Assembly: GCA_012837935.1 (NCBI GenBank)
Contig: DUQG01000018.1
Span: 45,620 to 109,619 of the forward strand
Length of the DNA stretch: 64,000 nucleotides
Reading direction: 5' to 3'
DNA from: Bacteroidales bacterium
Lineage (GTDB): Bacteria > Bacteroidota > Bacteroidia > Bacteroidales > Paludibacteraceae
Each line of letters opens with the position of its first letter. Positions within the stretch are counted from its first letter, which is position 1. A model generated the notes under the pieces. The model did not search any database. It saw only the letters and a list, made by a program, of their open reading frames with translations, and was not told where the DNA came from. Positions 58,687-64,000 of this stretch are shown here, piece after piece. A program made the position numbers and the translations under genes.

Positions 58687-58870
58687 TGTCCGTAGGACAA
58701 TTCCTTGAATAACCCCAAATTTATCTGGGAAAATTAGCAGAATGGAAATAAAACTCTGTAAGAGTTTTCCTATTTGTTGAATGGAAAACACTTACAGTGT
58801 TTTACCGGTTGTTTTCAATTAGCCCCCAATTGAAATTGGGGGTTATGCATAGGAAACTTCTACGAAGTTT
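58687..58870. other. array of at least five short perfect hairpins (candidate structured RNA / REP-like array)
   Basis: TGTCC-gta-GGACA (58687-58699). AAAACTCT-gta-AGAGTTTT (58750-58768). AAAACACT-tac-AGTGTTTT (58785-58803). CCCCCAAT-tgaa-ATTGGGGG (58823-58842). AAACTTC-tac-GAAGTTT (58854-58870). Confidence 0.6.
58740..58816. repeat. tandem ~39-nt duplication, each unit carrying one hairpin
   Basis: GAATGGAAAtaAAACTCTgtaAGAGTTTTCCtaTTTGTT / GAATGGAAAACACTtacAGTGTTTTACCggTTGTTTT. Stem difference T:A vs A:T is compensatory. The triloop is inverted (GTA vs TAC). Confidence 0.65.
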
Positions 58871-58892
58871 AATACTCAAAATCCATTCCAAA

Positions 58893-59603
58893 CTACAAAA
58901 TCCGTTTGATAACACGTAATTGGTGGCTGTATTTTCCTGTTTGAGAAGATATGATTCCTTGTGCGTCAATGATTTCTTTTTTTACATAACCCGATGCGTG
59001 GATAATTTGGTGTGAGTTTGCCAACACGCCTACATGAATGATGTCGCCTTCTTCATTTTGGAAAAACGCCAAATCGCCCGGTTCTACTTCCGAAAGGAAA
59101 TCCACCACTTTTCCAAGTTCAACTTGCTGACCGGCATCACGAGGTATATTTACACCTATCATCGAGTAAATAACCTGTGTCAATCCGGAACAGTCAATTC
59201 CCAGCATGGATTTTCCACCCCAAAGATAAGGTGCGTTTGTGAATTGCGATGCAAGTTCTACCACATGCTGTCCGTTGTTGTTTTTGGTGTAAACAGGTTC
59301 CAGTTGAGCTATTTGATAAATTTCACCAAGCAGTTCAAACTGGTCGTTTTTGATAGGTGGAAGCAAACTGCCGCCGGGAAGGATGATTTTTTCCACGCTC
59401 GATGTTTTAAAACAGACAAGCAGAGGCGTTTTGCTTGCTTTGAATTTTGTGGTGTTGATTGCACTTTCTGTAAGGTGTTTGCTTGAAACGCAACTTTTGC
59501 TAATCCAGCCGATGTAGTTATCGGTCAAATTGCGGATTTGCAGCCAGTTATCTTCTTTTTCTAAAATTTCAATTTGCTGACCAAAAAGCAATTGCGTAAC
59601 CAT
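58893..59603 (-). CDS. NlpC/P60 (C40) peptidase with N-terminal SH3-like domain; 5' end uncertain
   Basis: C40 core GLDCSGLTQVIY...GDIIHVGV. The first ATG gives MVTQLLFG, but 33 more in-frame sense codons lie upstream (see findings). Confidence 0.8.
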   Translation of the reverse strand: MVTQLLFGQQIEILEKEDNWLQIRNLTDNYIGWISKSCVSSKHLTESAINTTKFKASKTPLLVCFKTSSVEKIILPGGSLLPPIKNDQFELLGEIYQIAQLEPVYTKNNNGQHVVELASQFTNAPYLWGGKSMLGIDCSGLTQVIYSMIGVNIPRDAGQQVELGKVVDFLSEVEPGDLAFFQNEEGDIIHVGVLANSHQIIHASGYVKKEIIDAQGIISSQTGKYSHQLRVIKRIL

Positions 59604-59752
59604 TTCGCTTTTTTCGCCGGCTTCTGCTCTAACCGCAACGAGAGGACTTGTGATGATTGTAAATATATTGTCGATTTTGAAAATAGTATGAAAGATTTTT
59701 TATAAAATTAAACATTCTAGGAACATTTCGCTTATTTTTCTTGTTTTTTTTA

Positions 59753-59760
59753 TAGCTTTG
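59753..59760 (+). promoter_or_regulatory. -7 box TAGCTTTG for the 7TM-HD gene
   Basis: Perfect TAnnTTTG, 19 nt before ATG 59779 and 97 nt before ATG 59857. Confidence 0.4.
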
Positions 59761-59856
59761 CATTAATAATGATGAAAAATGCTCAAGAAAAGAGCATTAT
59801 TTGCTAAATTTGATTTCTGCAAAAATAAGATTAACCGAAGACGAAAGGGAAAAAAT

Positions 59857-61914
59857 ATGGCTTTAACAAAAGAGAATATCCGAATTTTAAGTCGAATAGG
59901 GCTTTTTATTCTTGTTGCGGGAATTATTGTGTTGTTGTTTCCCCGAGAAAAAAGATTTAAATATCACTATGAAGTAGGTAAGCCGTGGAATTACGAGCTT
60001 ATTATGGCTTCGTTTGACTTTCCGATTTATAAAACCGACGAGCAACTTGAAGCGGATAAAGCCGAATTGCTATCGTCTTATACGCCGTACTTTTTATATG
60101 ATAATAAAGTGGCTGAGCAACAGTTTGAGAAATGGCTGAATGATTGGAAACTTAAAAATGCGGAAGAACCGAGGTATTTGGGGTATGTAAAAAGAAAATT
60201 TGATGATATTTATCGCTACGGAATTATTTCGTCCGGTGCGCAGGAAAAGTTGTTGGCACATGATAGAAAAAATGTGGCTATCGTGTATGAAAACAGAAAG
60301 TCAGATGTGTTTTCCATTGAAGACCTTTACACCCCGAAATCAGCTTACGAAGAGATTATTTTAGATAAACTGGAATTTGTAGATGCCAATGAGCTTAATT
60401 CCTATAATCTGAATCTTTACTTGCAAGAGAATTTGCAGTTTGACAGCATAACTTCTGCAAATGTAAAGGAAGATATGGTTAAAAACCTGTCGCTGACTTC
60501 CGGCATTGTACAAACAGGGGAAAAAGTGATTGACCGAGGCGAAATTGTAACACCGACAACTTTTGCCATCTTGAACTCAATGAAAATAGAGACGGATAAA
60601 AGAACTTCTGTTTTCAAGGAATCGGGTTTTGTTATCGTGGGCGAAGTAATTATTGTGTTGTTTTTGCTTTCGCTATTGGTGTCTTATCTTTTCTTGTTCA
60701 GACCTGCGATATTTAGCAGTTTCAATTATCTTGTCTTTATTGCCATTCAGATTTTACTGGTGGTAGCAATTGCTTCCGTTGTGCAGCGATTTACAGGTAT
60801 CGGTGCCTATATTATTCCATTTGCTTTACTGCCTATCATTATTCGCGTCTTTTTCGACTCGCGAACGGCGCTGTTTGTACATATTATTACGGTGCTGATT
60901 GTCTCGTTTATGGTGGATAATCCTTTTGTTTTTGTGGTATTGCAGATAATGGCGGGAATGGCGGCTGTATCGGGTTTGAAAGACCTTACGGCACGTGCTC
61001 AACTTACACAAACGGCGATAATTATTTTTGCCACTTATGTAGCCGCCTACTTAGCTATGGAATTAATTTCCGAAGGTGCGTTTAATCGAATAAATTATCA
61101 TCCCATTATTTACTTTGCGCTGAACAGTATGATGCTGCTATTCGCCTATGTGATGATTTATATTTTTGAGAAAGCATTTAATCTGATTTCGGCAATAACG
61201 CTTGTTGAACTTACAAATGTGAATAGTGACTTTATGATAAAATTCGCGGAAGCGGCACCCGGAACTTTCCAACATTCGCTGCAAGTTTCCAATCTTGCTA
61301 CTGAGGCTGCGAAAAAAATCGGTGCTAATAGCTTGCTTGTTCGTACAGGTGCGCTCTATCATGATATTGGTAAAATGCTCAACCCGCAATATTTTGTTGA
61401 AAATCAAGTGGGTGGCGACAACCCATTGCTAAAAATGAAACACGAAGAGGCATCGCAAGTGATAATTAAGCACGTTGCCGATGGTGTGGCATTAGCGAAA
61501 AAGAATGGTTTACCTGACCAAATTATCGGATTTATAACCACACATCACGGTCGCTCGAAAACCAAGTTTTTCTACAATTCATTTATCAATGAAAATCCGG
61601 GCGTTCAGCCGGATGAGGAAAAGTTCACTTATCCCGGACCACTGCCTTACAGCAAGGAAACGGCTATTTTGATGATGGCGGATGCGGTTGAGGCTCGTTC
61701 GAGAACGCTGAGCGAATACACCGAAGATAGCATTAAAAACATGGTGGAAGATATGGTGGATATGCAAATTGCGGATGGACAGTTTAAAGATGCACCGATT
61801 AGTTTCAGAGATGTGGAAAATGTGAAGAAAGTCTTGGCGGAAAAGATTAAGAATGTTTACCACTCTCGAATAACTTATCCTGAACTGAAAAATAAACCGG
61901 AAACTCTCAAATAG
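59857..61914 (+). CDS. 7TM receptor-type HD/HDIG phosphohydrolase (PgpH/YqfF-like)
   Basis: N-terminal TM + extracellular domain, 7 TM block, HD domain (TFQHSLQVSNLA, LYHDIGK, TTHHG). Alternative start ATG 59779. Confidence 0.85.
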   Translation: MALTKENIRILSRIGLFILVAGIIVLLFPREKRFKYHYEVGKPWNYELIMASFDFPIYKTDEQLEADKAELLSSYTPYFLYDNKVAEQQFEKWLNDWKLKNAEEPRYLGYVKRKFDDIYRYGIISSGAQEKLLAHDRKNVAIVYENRKSDVFSIEDLYTPKSAYEEIILDKLEFVDANELNSYNLNLYLQENLQFDSITSANVKEDMVKNLSLTSGIVQTGEKVIDRGEIVTPTTFAILNSMKIETDKRTSVFKESGFVIVGEVIIVLFLLSLLVSYLFLFRPAIFSSFNYLVFIAIQILLVVAIASVVQRFTGIGAYIIPFALLPIIIRVFFDSRTALFVHIITVLIVSFMVDNPFVFVVLQIMAGMAAVSGLKDLTARAQLTQTAIIIFATYVAAYLAMELISEGAFNRINYHPIIYFALNSMMLLFAYVMIYIFEKAFNLISAITLVELTNVNSDFMIKFAEAAPGTFQHSLQVSNLATEAAKKIGANSLLVRTGALYHDIGKMLNPQYFVENQVGGDNPLLKMKHEEASQVIIKHVADGVALAKKNGLPDQIIGFITTHHGRSKTKFFYNSFINENPGVQPDEEKFTYPGPLPYSKETAILMMADAVEARSRTLSEYTEDSIKNMVEDMVDMQIADGQFKDAPISFRDVENVKKVLAEKIKNVYHSRITYPELKNKPETLK

Positions 61915-62013
61915 TTTCAAGTTTCGGGTTCCAAGTTCCGAGTTTCGAAAAGTCTGTCGGAATGTGTTTTAGGTAGAATTGAATAGTATAGTATTTTGAA
62001 AAAGCAAAACAGC

Positions 62014-63207
62014 ATGTTAAATTTTTGTTGTGAGCCTATTGAAACCGTGAAAGTTGGTTTTATTGGGCTTGGTACTCGTGGAATAAAGGCTGTGGAACGC
62101 TTTCAACATATAAAAGCCGCCAAAATAGCCGCTCTCTGTGATAGAGATAAAAAAAACTTGTCGATGGCGAGTGAGATTTTGCCTGAGAAAGAGTCTGTTA
62201 TAATAAGTACCGACTGGAAAAAAGTTTGTGAAGTCGGCGATATTGACTTGATTTATATTAGTACCGATTGGCTTACACATGCTGAAATAGCGGTGTATTC
62301 CATGCTTCAAGGTAAGCATGTAGCTGTGGAAGTTCCGGCTGCATTTTCGGTAGAAGAGTGTTGGCAATTGGTGGATACAGCCGAGCAGACACGCAAACAC
62401 TGCATGATGCTTGAAAATTGTTGCTACGACGAGTTTGAGCTAAATACGCTGAATATGCTTCGGCAAGGTGTTTTTGGCGAAGTTGTGCATGGCGAAGGTG
62501 CTTATATTCACGACCTGCGAAGTCTAAACTTTCCCCCAACATCTACCAGTAAAAAAGGAATGAGAAGAGCTGATTTCGCGATGAAATATGCCGGAAATAT
62601 TTATCCCACTCACGGATTAGGACCTATTTGTGTAGCGATGAATATTCATCGAGGCGATAAGATGAATTATTTGGTATCTATGTCATCAAAGCAGTGGGGA
62701 ATAAGTGATTATGCGTTAAAAAACTACGGTGAAAATTCTGAAGAATATAAGCGCAAGTATCGTTTGGGTGATATGAATACCACGCTGATATATACCGAGT
62801 TAGGTAAAACAATAATGCTACAACACGATGTGAATAATCCGCGTCCGTATAGCAGAATTCATGCGGTAACGGCTTTAAATGGTTATTTCTGTAAATATCC
62901 TGCCCCACAAATAGCATTCTCTGCTGATGGCTTTTTGCCCGACAAAGAGATGGAAGAATTGTTGAAAAAGTACGAGCATCCTTTTATAACGGAATATGGA
63001 AAGCAAGCGAAGAAAATTTCCGGTGACCGATTCTTTGATTTTATTATGGATAGCCGTTTGATTTATTGTTTGCAAAACGGATTGCCGCTGGATATGAATG
63101 TGTATGATGCGGCTGCGTGGTCGTGTATTACAGAGCTTTCTGAAATTTCGGTAAAAAATGGAAGTGCACCTGTGGAAATTCCCAATTTTACAAGAGGAAA
63201 GTTTTAG
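62014..63207 (+). CDS. Gfo/Idh/MocA-fold NAD-dependent enzyme, GH109 (alpha-N-acetylgalactosaminidase)-like
   Basis: VKVGFIGLGTRG Rossmann, GKHVAVEVPAA, CMMLENCCYDEFEL blocks as recalled for GH109. No signal/TAT peptide. TTG 61996 is an alternative start. Confidence 0.75.
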   Translation: MLNFCCEPIETVKVGFIGLGTRGIKAVERFQHIKAAKIAALCDRDKKNLSMASEILPEKESVIISTDWKKVCEVGDIDLIYISTDWLTHAEIAVYSMLQGKHVAVEVPAAFSVEECWQLVDTAEQTRKHCMMLENCCYDEFELNTLNMLRQGVFGEVVHGEGAYIHDLRSLNFPPTSTSKKGMRRADFAMKYAGNIYPTHGLGPICVAMNIHRGDKMNYLVSMSSKQWGISDYALKNYGENSEEYKRKYRLGDMNTTLIYTELGKTIMLQHDVNNPRPYSRIHAVTALNGYFCKYPAPQIAFSADGFLPDKEMEELLKKYEHPFITEYGKQAKKISGDRFFDFIMDSRLIYCLQNGLPLDMNVYDAAAWSCITELSEISVKNGSAPVEIPNFTRGKF

Positions 63208-63247
63208 ATGTTTATTGTTTATAGGTTCGCTTGTTTATAAGTTTACA

Positions 63248-63280
63248 CAGAAAAAGTCCCGAATTTCGGGACTTTTTCTG
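63248..63280. terminator. bidirectional intrinsic terminator (GH109-like / metG convergent)
   Basis: CAGAAAAAGTCCCG aattt CGGGACTTTTTCTG, 14-bp stem. Confidence 0.85.
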
Positions 63281-63386
63281 TATTTATTAACACGTTCTAT
63301 CTTATTAAAAAAACGACAGTTTTTCGAACAACCGAACCTATAAACCGCCGAACATCCAAACAGTCTTTTATCTTTGTTCTTTTGTC

Positions 63387-64000
63387 TTATACTATCGGCG
63401 AGCCATTGCTTAGTTTTTCGCTTGGTCTGATTAGTGTTAAGCTTCCATCCGGATTTTCGGCAGAAAGTATCATTCCTTCGCTATCAATTCCGCGTAATTT
63501 GCGTGGAGGGAAGTTGGCGATAAAGAGCACTTGTGAGCCAACCAATTCTTCCGGATTAGGATAATAGGCGGCAATACCCGACAGAATGGTACGTCCGCCC
63601 ATGCCGTCGTCCAGTTTAAATTGCAACAGCTTGTCTGCTTTCGGTACTTTGGTGCATTCCAGTACGGTTCCTACGCGGATATCCATTTTCATGAAGTCGT
63701 CAAAAGTAACATTCTCTTTAACAGGTGCAACTTTTGTGCTTGTTTCGTTTGCTTCGTTGGCGAGTTTAGTAGCGTGAAGTTTGGCAAGTTGTGTATCAAT
63801 CTGCTCGTCTTCGATTCTCTCAAACAGCAGTTCGGGTTTATTCAATTGATGTCCAGTTGCCAATAAATCCATTTTACCTAAATCTGCCCAGTCAAAACTT
63901 CCCAAGTTCAGCATATTGCGCAATTTTTCCGAAGAGAATGGTAAAAACGGCTCAAATGCAATGGAAAGATTGGCTGCTATCTGCAAACTGATATTCAAAA
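63387..64000 (-). CDS. metG: methionine--tRNA ligase, C-terminal part (runs off the window)
   Basis: C-terminal EMAP/Trbp111-like tRNA-binding domain ([31 protein letters not shown]...SEGMILSAE). The ORF is open to the window edge. Confidence 0.9.
   Translation of the reverse strand, partial: LNISLQIAANLSIAFEPFLPFSSEKLRNMLNLGSFDWADLGKMDLLATGHQLNKPELLFERIEDEQIDTQLAKLHATKLANEANETSTKVAPVKENVTFDDFMKMDIRVGTVLECTKVPKADKLLQFKLDDGMGGRTILSGIAAYYPNPEELVGSQVLFIANFPPRKLRGIDSEGMILSAENPDGSLTLIRPSEKLSNGSPIV

Overview
Housekeeping-rich chromosomal segment of a Bacteroidota (Bacteroidales-like) genome: about 57 protein genes and 2 tRNAs. I saw no rRNA, CRISPR array, transposase or integrase. The phylum call rests on T9SS porU-porV, AT-rich leaders with TAnnTTTG -7 boxes, Bacteroidota-typical DUF families and the atpDC-x-BEFHAG ATP synthase order. 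Left to right: OM-like protein + ZIP transporter, ispF, porV-porU, FAH hydrolase, rex / clpB, lipoprotein + PepSY-TM pair, sufS-sufE, ruvC, tRNA-Ala, rpsA, ppk2, grpE-dnaJ, dsbD, a TonB-receptor/surface-lipoprotein locus facing a secreted EEP nuclease, DUF4290-murA-yigZ, tRNA-Phe, yifB/comM, an acyltransferase, a four-gene envelope cluster, the complete F-ATPase operon, nagB, ssb, S51 peptidase, gamma-carbonic anhydrase, DUF5687 + ABC ATPase, ahcY, DUF4252, NlpC/P60, 7TM-HD hydrolase, GH109-like oxidoreductase, and the 3' part of metG. Nothing looks like a classical defence island. The items most worth a second look are: (1) an ORF6N/KilA-N-type DNA-binding gene wedged between atpD and atpC; (2) a four-gene cluster apparently co-transcribed behind atpG, made of two paralogous Wzz/PCP-like bitopic proteins around a DUF3108-like protein and a small acidic-tail membrane protein; (3) three genes whose 5' ends are broken at or next to short homopolymer runs (PepSY-TM at A8, DUF3108 at T6, NlpC/P60 at A6), where the null hypothesis is homopolymer sequencing error; (4) a TonB-receptor + OB-like lipoprotein + nuclease locus that may handle extracellular nucleic acid; (5) several non-coding signals: twin 17-bp palindromes between rex and clpB, a perfect 24-bp direct repeat bracketing the carbonic anhydrase gene, a dense hairpin array at 58.7-58.9 kb, a recurrent AGTTTCGGGTT motif just after stop codons, and homologous G-poor CA-rich spacers inside two operons. 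All functional calls come from reading motifs by eye; no database search was run.
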